64,000 bases of DNA from Mobula hypostoma (Eukaryota), in assembly GCF_963921235.1 (NCBI RefSeq), contig NC_086097.1, positions 184,638,001 to 184,702,000 on the forward strand, read 5' to 3'. The position numbers were made by a program, and so were the translations under genes. The notes under the pieces are model-generated. The model was not told where the DNA came from. It saw nothing but the letters and a program-made list of their open reading frames with translations, and did not search any database. Positions 10,301 to 22,734 of this stretch are shown here, one piece after another (position 1 is the first letter of the stretch; every line of letters begins with the position of its first letter).

Positions 10301-12037
10301 GGCCAATTTGTGAAATACTCTGACACAGAACTAGTTTGTTTCCAGTTTGAAAGTTCTGGATATCTGGATCCAAAAGCTACTCAGATAATTTCTGTCTGCA
10401 ACATAGTTAAATTTCTATATACTTCAAAGTTTCAAAGCACCTTTCAGCCCAGAAATTCACTACTTTATAATAAATAGGAAGACTTCAAGTTGTTCAGTTA
10501 TGACCAATCAGAACTTTCTAGCCTCAGTATTCACTATTGCACCTCCACTATCAGTATTAAAGCTATCAGTATTTTGCTGAATACCAGCACTATTTACATA
10601 TGAATATTGATAAGGTTGGTACAAACAGAGAGATGCACTCTAAAATACAAATAAATAATAGTCTCGACCTCAGCTGGAATATTCCAGAAACTGCAACTTT
10701 AGCAAGGTGTGATGCATAGAAGATGCAGTAGAGAATTAATAGAATCTTTCCAGCCTAAGAGTGTCAGCTATTTTGATGTGTTAAAAAAGCTGGTTAGTTC
10801 TTAAAGAAACAGAGATTGAATAGAGCCATCCAAAATCATGCAGGGTTTTTTTTTATACTGTGAAATTTGAAATCAATTTCTAATGTTGGAACAGGGATTA
10901 GAATCCAAAGGATACTCTATTCCATTAAGAATAAATATGCAAAAATTCTTCAAACCCAGCTACATAATAAATCCAATTTCCACAATTAATATTCAACATA
11001 AGGTAATGAAAATATAACTTCATATATCCTATGTACGTTATTTAATAATAGTGTGCTCACATCAAAAGCTTGTCATCCTTAGAGGCAAAAGATCTAACAT
11101 CTGGAAACTGCCCTCCAAACTACACACCATCCTGATTTGGAAATATATTGTTCATGATGGTCCAAGAAAGCAGGTCTTTAAAGAAAATTAGAGATAGGCA
11201 ATTAAATGTTGGCTTGAAAGATTAAAAACATATACAAGTAATATTTACTGCAATGGAATGGAATTGCACTAGAGTTTTGGCAATGTTTCACAAGGAAATG
11301 TGTCAATTATATGCCAAAACATCATGACTGTCAAATTTCCTCAAGCATTTACAATACTTCTTAGTCATACTTGCCAATGTCATACTTAAGCTCATTAACT
11401 TGCTTCCTGTCACCAGATCAGGGAAGGTGAGTTTCCTGCTTTTAAATGCAAATGTAAAACCTGTTCCTGAGTGATGGTAGAGTCAGAAAACACTACAGCA
11501 CAGAAATAGACCCATCGGCCTATCCGGTCCATGCCAGACCTGCCTAGTCCCATCCATGTATCTATCCAAATTTCTCTTAAATGTTGAAATAAAACGCACA
11601 TTTACCACTTCTGCTGGCAGCCTATTCCACATTTTCACCACCCTCTGAGTGAAGATGTTCCCTCTCATGTTTCCCCTTAAACATTTCACCTTTCACCTTT
11701 AATCCATTACCTGTACTTGTAGTGTCACATAACTTCAGTGGAAAAAGCCTGCTTGGATTTACGCTATCTATATGCCTGATAATTTTGTATACCTCTTTCA
11801 AATCTTCCCTCAATCTTCTACGTTTTAGGGAATATGGTCCTAACCTATTCAACCTTTCCCTATAACTCAGGTCCTCTAGTCCTGACAACATCCTTGTAGA
11901 TTTCTCTGCATTCTTTCAATTTTATTCATATCTTCCTGGTACGTAGGTGACCAAAACAGGACACAGTACTCCAAGCAACACACATCAAAGTTGCTGGTGA
12001 ACACAGCAGGCCAGGCAGCATCTCTAGGAAAAGGTAC

Positions 12038-12073
12038 AGTCGATGTTTCAGGCCGAGACCCTTCGTCAGGACT
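12038..12073 (-). ncRNA. Minimal hammerhead ribozyme motif (stem III variant)
   Basis: AGTC CTGACGA AGG-GTCTCGG-CCT GAAA CATC GACT; ACGT has become ACAT. Confidence 0.7.
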
Positions 12074-12368
12074 AACTGAAGGAAGAGTTAGTAAGAGATT
12101 TGAAAGTGGGAGCGGGAGGGGGAGATGCAAAATGATAGGAGAAGACAGGAGGGGGAGGGATGGAGCCAAGAGCTGGACAGGTGATTGGCAAAGGGGATAT
12201 GAGAGGATCATGGGACAGGAGGCCCAGGGAGAAGGAAAGGGTGGGGTGGGAACCCAGAGGATGGGCAAGGGGTATAGTCAGAGGGACAGAGGGAGAAAAA
12301 GGAGAGTGAGAGAAAGAATGTGTGTATAAAAATAAATAACGGATGGGGTACGAGGGAGAGGTGGGGCA

Positions 12369-14557
12369 TTAGCAGAAGTTAGAGAAGTCAACGTTCATGC
12401 CATCAGGTTGGAGGCTACCCAGACGGAATATAAGGTGTTGTTCCTCCAACCTGAGTGTGGCTTCATCTTTACAGTAGAGGAGGCCGTGGATAGACATGTC
12501 AGAATGGGAATGGGATGTGGAATTAAAATGTGTGGCCACTGGGAGATCCTGCTTTCTCTGGCGGACAGAACGTAGGTGTTCAGCAAAGCAGTCTCCCAGT
12601 CTGCGTCGGGTCTTGCCAATATATAAAAGGCCACATCGGGAGCACCGGACGCAGTATGTCACCCTAGCCGACTCACAGGTGAAGTGTCGCCTCACCTGGA
12701 AGGACTGTCTGGGGCCGTGAATGGTGGTAAGGGAGGAAGTGTAAGGGCATGTGTAGAACTTGTTTCGCTTCCAAGGACAAGTGCCAAGAGGGAGATCAGT
12801 GGGGAGGGATGGGGGGGACGAATGGACAAGGGAGTTGCGTAGGGAGCGATCCCTGCCGAAAGCAGAGAGAGGGGGGGAGGGAAAGATATGTTTAGTGGTG
12901 GGATCCCGTTGGAGGTGGCGGAAGTTACGGAGAATAATATGTTGGACCCGGAGGCGGGTGGGGTGGTAGGTGAGGACCAGGGGAACCCTATTCCTAGTGG
13001 GGTGGTGGGAGGATGGAGTGAGAGCAGATTTGCGTGAAATGGGGGAGATGCGTTTGAGAGCAGAGTTGATGGTGGAGGAAGGGAAGCCCCTTTCTTTAAA
13101 AAAGGAGGACATCTCCCTTGTCCTGGAATGAAAAGCCTCATCCTGAGAGCAGATGCGGCAGAGATGGAGGAATTGCGAGAAGGGGATGGCATTTTTGCAG
13201 GAGACAGGATGAGAAAAGAAATAGTCTAGATGACTGTGAGAGTCAATAGGCTTATAGTAGACATCAGTGGATAAGCTGTCTCCAGAGATAGAGACAGAAA
13301 GATCTAAAAAGGGGAGGGAGGTGTCAGAAATGGACGAGGTAAACTTGAGGGCAGGGTGAAAGTTGGAGGCAAAGTTAATAAAGTCAATGAGCTCAGCATG
13401 CGTGCAGGAAGCAGCGCCAATGCAGTCGTCAATGTAGCGAAGGAAAAGTGGGGGACAGATACCAGAATAGGTACGAAACATAGATTGTTCCAGAAAGCCA
13501 ACAAAAAGGCAGGCATAGCTCGGACCCATACGGCCCATAGCTACACCTTTAGTTTGGAGGAAGTGGGAGGAGCCAAAGGAGAAATTATTAAGAGTAAGGA
13601 CTAATTCTGCTAGATGGAGCAGAGTGGTGGTAGAGGGGAACTGATTAGGTCTGGAATCCAAAAAGAAGTGGAGAGCTTTGAGACCTTCCTGATGGGGGAT
13701 GGAAGTATATAGGGACTGGACATCCATGGTGAAAATAAAGTGGTGGGGCCAGGGAACTTAAAATCATCGAAAAGTTTAAGAGCGTGAGAAGTGTCATGAA
13801 CATAGGTCGGAAGGGATTGAACAAGGGGGGATAAAACCTGTCGAGGTATGCAGAAACGAGTTCGGTGGGGCAGGAGCAAGCTGAGACAATAGGTCTGCCA
13901 GGACAGGCAGGTTTGTGGATCTTGGGTAGGAGGTAGAAACGGGAAGTGCGGGGTGTGGGAACTATAAGGTTGGTAGCAGTGGATGGGAGATCCCCTAAGC
14001 GGATAAAGTCGGTGATTGTGTGGGAGACAATGGCCTGGTGCTCCTTAGTGGGGTCACGATCGAGGGGTAAATAAGAGGAGGTATCCACGAGTTGTCGCTG
14101 TGCCTCGGCAAGGTAGAGGTCAGTACGCCAGACTACAACAGCACCCCCCTCATCGGTGGATTTAATAATAAGGTTAGGATTAGTGCGGAGGGAGTGGAGA
14201 GCACAGCATTCGGAAGGAGTGAGGTTGGAATGGGAACAAGGTGCGGTGAAGTCGAGACGGTTGATGTCCCATCGGCAGTTAGCAATAAAGAGATCCAGAG
14301 CAGGCAGAAGACCAGAGCGGAGTGTCCATGAAGAAGAGGAGGGTTGAAGATGGGAAAAGGGGTCATCGGTGGGGTGGAGGAGTCCTTGCCAAAGAAGTAG
14401 GCTCGGAGATGCAGACGGCGGAAGAAGAGTTCAGCATCATGGCGAACACGGAACTCGCTGAGGTGTGGGCAAAGGGGAACAAAGGTGAGGCCCTTACTAA
14501 GGACAGAGCGTTCTGCCTCCGATAGTTGAAGGTCAGAGGGAATGGTAAAGACCACCA
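12369..14557 (-). pseudogene. Penelope RT + GIY-YIG endonuclease polyprotein, frameshifted
   Basis: FYLLPKIHK, GRPIVS, MDVQSLYTSIPH, QTKGVAMG, FLRYIDD, FLDL, a Cys linker, and VTYCVRCSRCGLLYIGKT...R..EH. Spread over ORFs 14133-14609, 13645-14088 and 12369-13727. Confidence 0.93.
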
Positions 14558-15225
14558 TTCCCTTACCACCATTCAGGGCCCCAGGCAGTCCTTCCAGGTG
14601 AGGCGACACTTCACCTGTGAGTCAGCTGGGGTGATATACTGAGTCCGGTGCTCCCGATGTGACCTTCTATATATTGGCGAGACCCAATGCAGACTGGCAG
14701 ACCGCTTTGCTGAACACCTACGCTCTGTCTGCCAGAGAAAGCAGGGACTCCCAGTGGCCACACATTTTAATTCCACGTCCCATTCCCATTCTGACGTGTC
14801 TATCCACGGCCTCCTCTACTATAAAGATGAAGCCACACTCAGGTTGGAGGAACAACACCTTATATTCCGTCTGGGTAGCCTCCAACCTGATGGTATGAAC
14901 ATTGACTTCACTAACTTCCGCTAATGCCCCACCTCCCCCTCGTACTCCATCCGTTATTTATATACACACATTCTTTCTCTCACTCTCCTTTTTCTCCCTC
15001 TGTCCCTCTGACTATACCCCTTGCCCATCCTCTGGGTTCCCACCCCACCCTTTCCTTCTCCCTGGGCCTCCTGTCCCATGATCCTCTCATATCCTTTTTG
15101 CCAATCACCCGTCCATCTCTTGGCTCCATCCCTCCCCCTCCTGTCTTCTCCTATCTTCTCCTATCATTTTGGATCTCCCCCTCTCCCTCCCACTTTCAAA
15201 TCTCTTACTAGCTCTTCCTTCAGTT

Positions 15226-15261
15226 AGTCCTGACGAAGGGTCTCGGCCTGAAACGTCGACT
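15226..15261 (+). ncRNA. Minimal type I hammerhead ribozyme, intact core
   Basis: AGTC CTGACGA AGG-GTCTCGG-CCT GAAAC GTC GACT: stem I AGTC/GACT, CUGANGA, 3-bp stem II, GAAA, palindromic ACGU stem III, GUC cleavage triplet. Confidence 0.85.
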
Positions 15262-15944
15262 GTACCTCTTCCTAGAGATGCTGCCTGGCCTGCTGCGTTC
15301 ACCAGCAACTTTGATGTGTGTTGCTTGAATTTCCAGCATATGCAGAATTCCTGTTGGTTGCACAGTACTCCGAATTTGGTCTGACCAATGTTTCAGACAA
15401 CTTCAACATCTCATCCCATCTCCTGTACTTAATACTTCAATTTTTGAAGACCAATATGCCAAAAGCTCTCTTTACTCTTAATATATCTGTGGAAGCCCTT
15501 GGGATTCTCTTTTGTCTTGTCTGCTAGAGCAACCTCATCATTCTTTTAGCCCCCTTGATTTCCTTAAGTGTTCTCTTGCATTATTTTGTCATTATTTCTG
15601 AATTGTAATTGTAACACCTTTGGCTACATTGCTTCTCACCAAGATTTTTGTTGCGATTTCTATATCACTGAATTCTCATTTGTATAAAAGTACATTCAAG
15701 ATTCATGTGAAAAACTTACAGAGTTGTATTTTCTTGAATATGCTGTGCTTATTTATCCACATGTACAGCATGTGAACTGATGTGTGTGTGATGTGGTTTC
15801 AACTTATAGTTTTCAAAATAGCAGTGAGGAACTGTGGAACTTAAAGAATGGCGATTTTTTGTTTATATCTTCCCCAAGCTCAGAACACTTCTGCTGATCT
15901 ACATTAGTTTTAGCCAGGTTTTATGTTCACATGTATGAACATGA

Positions 15945-16235
15945 GAATATAAGAACATAAGAAATAGGAGCAGGAGTTGGCCATCTGGCCCATCAAGTCT
16001 GCTCTGCCATTCAATAAGATCATGGCTGATCTGGCCATGGACTCATCTCCACCTACCTGCTTTTGCCCCATAAACTTTAATTCCCCAACTATGCAAAAAT
16101 CTATCCAACCTTGGCTTAAATATATTTACTGAGGTAGCCTCCATTGCTTCATTGGGCAGAGAATTCCACAGATTAACTGCTCACTAGGAAAAGAAGATCC
16201 TCCTCATCTCCATCCTAAATCTATTCCCCCAAATC
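15945..16235 (-). mobile_element. CR1 LINE 3' end
   Basis: Reverse (ATGTTCTT)n tail followed by GAAATAGGAGCAGGAGTTGGCCATCTGGCCC and the RT C-terminus. Confidence 0.8.
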
Positions 16236-17884
16236 CTTCTAATGCAATTCTTAGAAAATATGTAAATAATCATCAGCATGACATGTGTAAAGTTGCTATG
16301 CACCTTGTTCTAAAGTTGAGCCAAGTTGAATCTGGAAAATTTTTGTGTGATATTTACAATGCACACATTTAAAGGATTATAATTATACCACCTTACTGTG
16401 CATCCAGAATAGTTAATGACAGGTCATAACATTCATATTTTAAACAAATGCCAAAACAATTTGCTTAAACAATTTTCCGATGTAGAGTTGGGAAGATTTG
16501 TGTTAGGAAGCATTAAGACTGAGTGATTTTGGTCGGTGGCTGAGGAACTAAAGAATTCAATCCAATGATTAATGCTGCATCTTTGTAGTTTTCCTTCTGA
16601 GTGACTGTATGGGGCATCTTGTTCCCAGGTGTTACGATAGTTCTCTTCATAGTAAATTTGGAGTAAGCGTGCTGGTTTCCTTGAAGTAGCACAACAGCAA
16701 GAATTGGACGAGTGTGTGTAAGAAGTCAGGTGTTGAGATGAACAGTGGGAGGGACCGCAGGAGCAGGCAGAGCTTAAAGAAAAAGAGGACATTGTATTGT
16801 TTGCCAGAGGAGCAGCAAGTGTTAGAGCTCAGCATGCACTGATAGCTGCTAAGATCAGTCAGCCGGGACCCTGGACCCTCTTGCTCTGACACAAGTCACA
16901 GCCATTCATAAATGGCAGTCTCTTATCCAAAAACTAATCCATTTAAATTTCATAATTGCTGGAAAGCCAAAGTGGTATCAAACAATCATACTGGGTGTGA
17001 AAACACAAGTTTGTGTAATTCTGTGAAAAATGCTGATATGGCAACATATACCTCTACTGCTGCTGTTGATCATTTATGCTTTATACTTTCAGCAGAAGTG
17101 AAGGCAGCCTGCCGTATTTATTCCTTGTTAACAGTGAGCAACAGATAAGAAAGTGAAATACTATGATCAGAGCCTGTACTTTCATTGTACCCCTCATCAT
17201 CTTCCCTCTTGATACCCACTTTTACCAAAAGAGCTGCTGGTTAGTTGCTGTAGATTAGTGAAATATAGTGTGCAGAATGCAATATCTGTCAATCTATTTA
17301 AGGAGGCATTTGCTGTGTGTAGTTCTTGGCAAGGGTGTACAAACTTTCATTTGCTTGGAGCATATTTGATACTTCATGGTGGTGACCACTCTTCATGGCT
17401 AAAGACATCATTACAAAGTGTGTTTTACTACAGAGTACTGCATAATCTTGTTCTTCATATTAGAGGGAGGGTCCTCTGATCACCATGCACGTGCAGCTGG
17501 AGCACTGTATGAAAACCTAGCATCCATCTTCACTGGTGCAAATGGAAGAGATGGTCCACTCTAAGTATAAGGGAGCACTCCCCCAGAAATCATCAATATC
17601 CTTGGCCTGTGGCTCCTCTTGATCAAACCTCTAAGGTAAGAATGTTTTAAGGTTTTGATTATATGTAGAATCAACTGTTGCTTCTATGCAGCTCAGGCAA
17701 GTGAATGTTGTTTGTAGGATGTCTGGAGTAGATTCAATTCTGTCACCAGGTAGTTTCACACTATGTGTGACTCTTTGTTCTCCCTATTTCTAGTGGTAGT
17801 ATCTTCAGCTATCCTTGCTATCTCCAGGTCATCTCTTTTATATGGGATGTCCTGTCTCTTTCTGTTCTGTGCTCCCTTTTCCTG

Positions 17885-18435
17885 TTACAGTTACAGAGCT
17901 ATGCAGTATGAAGACAGGCCCTTCAACCCAACTCAGACATTATGACAAGTTGTCCCATTGTCTGTGTTTGACCCATATCCCTCTTGACCTTTCCTGCTCA
18001 TCTGCCAGTCCAATTATCTATTAAATGTCATAAATGAACTAATCTTTACCATTTCCTCTCACAGCCAGTTCCGTATATGGTGTGCACCACTTATTGTGTG
18101 GAAAAAGTTGCTCCTCAGTTCCCTCTTAACTCTCACTTTAATCTTATGTTTTCTAGTTTTGGAGTCCCTACCATATGGAAAAGAATGTGGCTATTCACCT
18201 TATCCTTGCCCCATTAGATCTTAAAAGCATCCATAAAGTTCCCACTCCATCTCCTATGCTCCAGGGATAAAAGCCCTAACCTATTCATCCTCTCATTATA
18301 ATTTAAAGCCTCCAGTCCAGGTAACATCCTCGGGTATCTTTCCTGCACCTTTTCCAGGTTAATAACATCCTTCCTTTTAACAGGTGACTAGACGTGTATG
18401 TGGTACTGATAGGTGTGGCTTTGCCGACATCTTGT
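17885..18435 (-). mobile_element. Old CR1 LINE 3' fragment
   Basis: CAGGCCCTTC tail motif and decayed RT C-terminus, similar to 11484-11970. Confidence 0.7.
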
Positions 18436-20269
18436 ACAGGCTGAGAAGAGAAAGAATAGGAGAAGGAAAAGATCAGCAAGTTAGACTAATGTGATATGTT
18501 GTGCAGAAGAATGGAAGCAGAGCATTTGTTAATGTTAACCATGAAGGAGAAGTTAAAGACAGTGTTGAATGCAAGATATAATTGTACAAATCAGAATGTG
18601 GAGAAGTACATAGACAGAAAGATTTGTATACATTGTCTTGCAGGGGTACATTAGTGTGAGGATTGTCAGGAATGTAGCTAAGAAGACCAATTGATGGAGT
18701 AGGTCAGAATGTAGATGAATATACCATTGTATTCAGATTTCTTGATCGAATGCACATTTACTGCAGCTTCCAGGAACTGGGAAGTACAGTCATAATGTTG
18801 ATTCTACCTCTAACCATGAGGAGTTGGTTCCCATTGTAGGCTCTGCCCACCCCGCAGCAGGACAGGAATCTTCCTCTGAATCCTGTGAATGGCATTCACA
18901 GTGAGGCATCATTGATTCTTGGAGAGTCCCTCCCTCCTGCACAAAATAGTAGACTTTGAGGACTGAATTCAAGAGCTAAGACTAAAAGTTATGGTAAAAG
19001 TGCTTAAGGGAATTTGAGAGAATTCTCAAATACCATTACTTTGTGTATGTTCTGTAAATTCTTCTTTTCTTCACAAGTAGGTTCTCAGATACTCAATTTC
19101 ATAAAGTAATTGATTATCAAACACTGACTCAGACATCTCTGCTATGCTCAATTACTTCTACTCTCGTGTACGAATCTGACAGATATAAATTCATGCCTCA
19201 GTACAAAATTGGAAACCGAATATAACAAAACAAAAATAGAATTAATTAGCTGAGCAGTCGTTGTCTGTTGAGATGCAAAGAGTTAACATTTCAGGTCCCT
19301 GTCAAAAGGTCATTAATCCAAAATATTCACTCTATTTCTCTTTGCACTGAAGCTGCCTATCTCTTGAGATTTCTGGCTTTTTCTGTTTTTATTTCAGATG
19401 TTCAATATCTGTCTTTTTTGGGTTTTAACCTCAAGTACCATTGGATCAAATGCTTAACTAAAGTCCTAACTCCTCTTGATTGACTGTAAAGACGCATTTC
19501 AAAGGAGAGACCAGGAATTATTTCTTGTGAATTGACAGATATTTTACCATCAAAACATAGCAGCAAAAATAGATTATCTGGTCATTGACCTTGCTGGGAC
19601 AATGTTTTTACATTATATTAGTGACAAAGCCTGAAGTGCACTCAATGGCTGTAAAGTACTTTATGATGTTGTAACATGCTCTGTATGCAAGACTTTCTGT
19701 ATTGATTTTGTATTTTCGCAGACGGCCTAAGGAGTGAGCTAAAATCATGAAAAATAAAACAAAATGGAAAGAGCAGTAAACAACAGGTTTTGCAGTGACT
19801 GTGGAGAGAGGAGAACAATACATTTTATAGGCTAATGACCTTTCATTCCACTATTGTGACTTACAATGTATTTTGGAAAGGAAATTAGTTTTCAAATGGA
19901 CAGGGGAGTTTTTGAAGGGTCTGGCATCACATCAGCAAATATGGTTATTGCTGCAATCAAGACGTTGCTGCTACAGCAGACGTAATTTAAGTGCAGACAT
20001 GGGCAGAGGTAACCTCATAATGAAACTGTGTGCCCACTGAAGGACTCAGTCATATGAGTTCGGAGTGGGAGTAGATCTTTGGGCCCTGCAGGCTTGCCTC
20101 ATCATTTTACATGATTTGGATGAGTTGGGTGTATTCTTGATAAGCTACTGGAAGTGCAAAGCTGAGGTTTCAGTTGGATCAGCCACGACCTTATTAAATA
20201 TTAATACAATGGAACTTTTCTCTCCATGCTCCGTCATGTCTGTGGGTAATGCACACCTAAGATGCTTCC

Positions 20270-20900
20270 TAAAACAATATTGTAATATATTGAGTCAGGA
20301 AGTTCTTTTCCAGCTTTATAAAACTGGGTAGGCTGCATTTGGAGTATTGTATTCAATTCCCGTCGCTGCATAACAGGAAAGTGTGGAGGCTTTGAAGACA
20401 GTATGGGAAAGAATCAATAGGATGCTGCCTAGATTATAAAACAAATACAATAAGGAGAGGTTGAACTAACCAGAGTTATCTTCTTTGCAGTGCTGGAGAC
20501 TGTTGGGAGATCTGTTAGAAATGTATAAGAGACACAGTTAGACAGCTGGTACCATTTTTCCCAGGGGCAAAATGCCTAACACTGGTGAGGGTAATTTAAG
20601 GTGAGAGAACATAAGTTCAAAGAAAATGTGTGAGTTAAGTTTTTTTGCACGGAGAGTGGTGGGAGCTGGGAATGCACTGCCTGGGATGGTAGTGGAGACA
20701 AGTACAATAAAGGTGTTTAAGAAACTCATAGTTGGACATTTGGATGATCAGAGAGCGGAGGGATATGGGCATTGTGCGGGAAGGAATTAGTTAAACTAAA
20801 CTAGTAATTAAAGCAAATTAATTAATTTTAATCACTTCAGTACAACATTGTAGGCTGAAGGGTCTGTTCTTGTGCAGTACTGCTCTATGTTTTAAGTTCT
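20270..20900 (+). mobile_element. Old CR1 LINE 3' fragment
   Basis: TTGGAGTATTGTATTCAATTC (LEYC.QF), GAGAGTGGTGGGAGCTGGGAATGCACTGCC, and a tail TCTATGTTTTAAGTTCTA. Confidence 0.75.
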
Positions 20901-21729
20901 ATAATGAAACAAGAAACAAACTATTTTTCCGTTCAATGACAGGTGGAACTTAAGTACTTCTTAACTATTTCTGCCATCTCTCTCCTAGCTGTGGTCAGAC
21001 TACACTGTAATTACCAATCAAAAAGGTTTTCTACAAACACTCTGAATGAGGAAGTCCCTTGTCTTGACATAACGTTTCATCATGTTATGTTTCAGATGAT
21101 GAAAGGTTGTTGAACGTGCTTCTCTCTCCACAAATGTTGCCTAACTGGCTAACTACCTCCAGTATTTACTGCTTTTAGTTGGGCATGGTGGTTCAATGGG
21201 ATTGCAGGTTGTGGCTCTGCAGGTCATCAATGAGGTTAACAGAAGCAGGTAGCCATATGTCTGCCTTGCTGAGTTTCTGGGGGCTATGACATCACCTGTC
21301 AGATCCGTGCAGCACAAGATGTGGACATTGGTGGTGGTCTGATTTTCCAAGGGAGCTGCTGGCAATAAAGTGGCTGAAACTCATTGGATCTCAATATTTC
21401 AGGATCTCTGCTGATGCTTCTGGCTCTAATGAGGTAATTCAAATCCCCCACCCCACCCGCCCACCATGGCTAATACCTTCCTTCCCCAGGTTGCAGGCAC
21501 ACCATTTCATGGCCCAAAGTTTGAGCCAGCTGATCAATGACATAAGTTCATCAAAGACATCCTGAATCAGTTCTTAGAGCATGGAGAGAGCCATACTCCC
21601 AGTAGCCAGGCCACAACCAGTAGGGAAACATTGCAATGTAATCCTCTGAAGTTGAAGTCCAGATGATGAATCACAGGAACCAATAAATACTGCCACTGAG
21701 TAACAAATTACAAACACAGAGATTCTGCA

Positions 21730-22550
21730 GATGCTAAAACGCTGTATGTCCTAACCCCAAAATATGTCCTAGCACTGCCATACTTTCATCATAATTGTAC
21801 TTGTGTGCTGAGCCCAGGACTGGTCCTCTGAAATAATAATAGTGAGGAATTTAAACTTGCCGACGCTTTCCTCCCCTGATCCTCTGAGGAGGACTGGCTT
21901 GTGGACCTCTGGTTTCCTTCTTCTGAGGTCAATAATCAGCTCCTTGTCTTGCTGACCTTGAGTAAGAGGTTGTTGTTATGGCACCACTCAGCCAGATTTT
22001 CAATCTCCCCCCTCTATGCTGATTCATCACCACCTTTGATTTGGCCTACGACAGTGTTTTCAGCAAACTTCTATATGGCATTGGAGCTGTGCTTAGCCAC
22101 ACAGCCATAAGTGTAAAGTGATGGAGCGGGGGATAAGCACACAGTCTTGTGGTACATGGGTGCTGATGGAGATCGTGGAGTTGTTGCCAATCCAAACTGA
22201 CTGAGGAAAGCATGTGAGGAAATGGAGGATCCAAATGCACAAGGATAAGTTGAGAGCAAGGTCTTGAAGCTTATTGATCAGTTTTGAGGGAATAATGGTG
22301 TTGAATGCTGGGCTGCAGTCGATAAAGAGCATCCTGATATATGTAACTTTGTTGTCCAGATGTTCCAGTGTTGAGTGAGGAACAAATGAAATGGAATCTA
22401 CTGCTGTCCTGTTGTTCCAGTGGGCAAATTAGAGCAGATCCAAGTCATTTCTCTGGCAGAATTTGATATGTTTCATCACTAACCTCACAAATCATTTCAT
22501 CACAGTGGATATAGGGGCTACTGGATGATAGCATTGAGTCAGGTTACCTG
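21730..22550 (-). mobile_element. Rex1/Babar-type LINE RT fragment
   Basis: MLFIDCSPAFNTIIPSKLINKL...WILHFLT...HVPQDCVL; LYTY.CVAKHSSNAI..FA..TVVG. Confidence 0.8.
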
Positions 22551-22734
22551 CAGGTTGATAGGTTAATTAATTGACTGGACAAATTAGCCAAGATGAATCA
22601 TAGAATCATAGTGAGTCATAGAATTATGACAGCTGAAGAGCTGATAGGAATGTGGGTAGAATAAAATGGACTAGGGTAGGATTGTGATGTAAGTTAGTCA
22701 GCAATAGAAAGGTTTGGTTGTAAAAGTGGGAGAG

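Larger units (their letters stand above)
11973..15360 (-). mobile_element. Penelope-like element A (Neptune type): 5'-truncated minus copy 11973-14557 plus inverted plus-strand 3' copy 14558-15360
   Basis: 11-bp TSD CACAGTACTCC (11962-11972, 15361-15371). Inverted arms of about 750 bp; RT and GIY-YIG ORFs. Confidence 0.93.
11484..15480 (-). mobile_element. CR1 LINE 3' fragment split by Penelope element A
   Basis: RT C-terminus LEYCV.FWSP...LSYRERL..LG.YSL..RRLR.DL at 11622-11972, resuming at 15361-15480. Confidence 0.85.

Noticed and set aside
16433..16892. Two overlapping minus-strand ORFs (119 and 81 aa) in unique sequence
   Set aside because: No recognisable domain and no convincing splice sites; more likely non-coding.
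17460..17642. Possible exon ending in AAG|GTAAGA at 17635/17636
   Set aside because: Good donor site, but no recognisable protein in any frame and no partner exons found.
18740..18972. Possible Harbinger Myb/SANT remnant (SSWLEVEST on the minus strand)
   Set aside because: Resemblance is too short and decayed; no TIRs or nuclease motifs could be identified.
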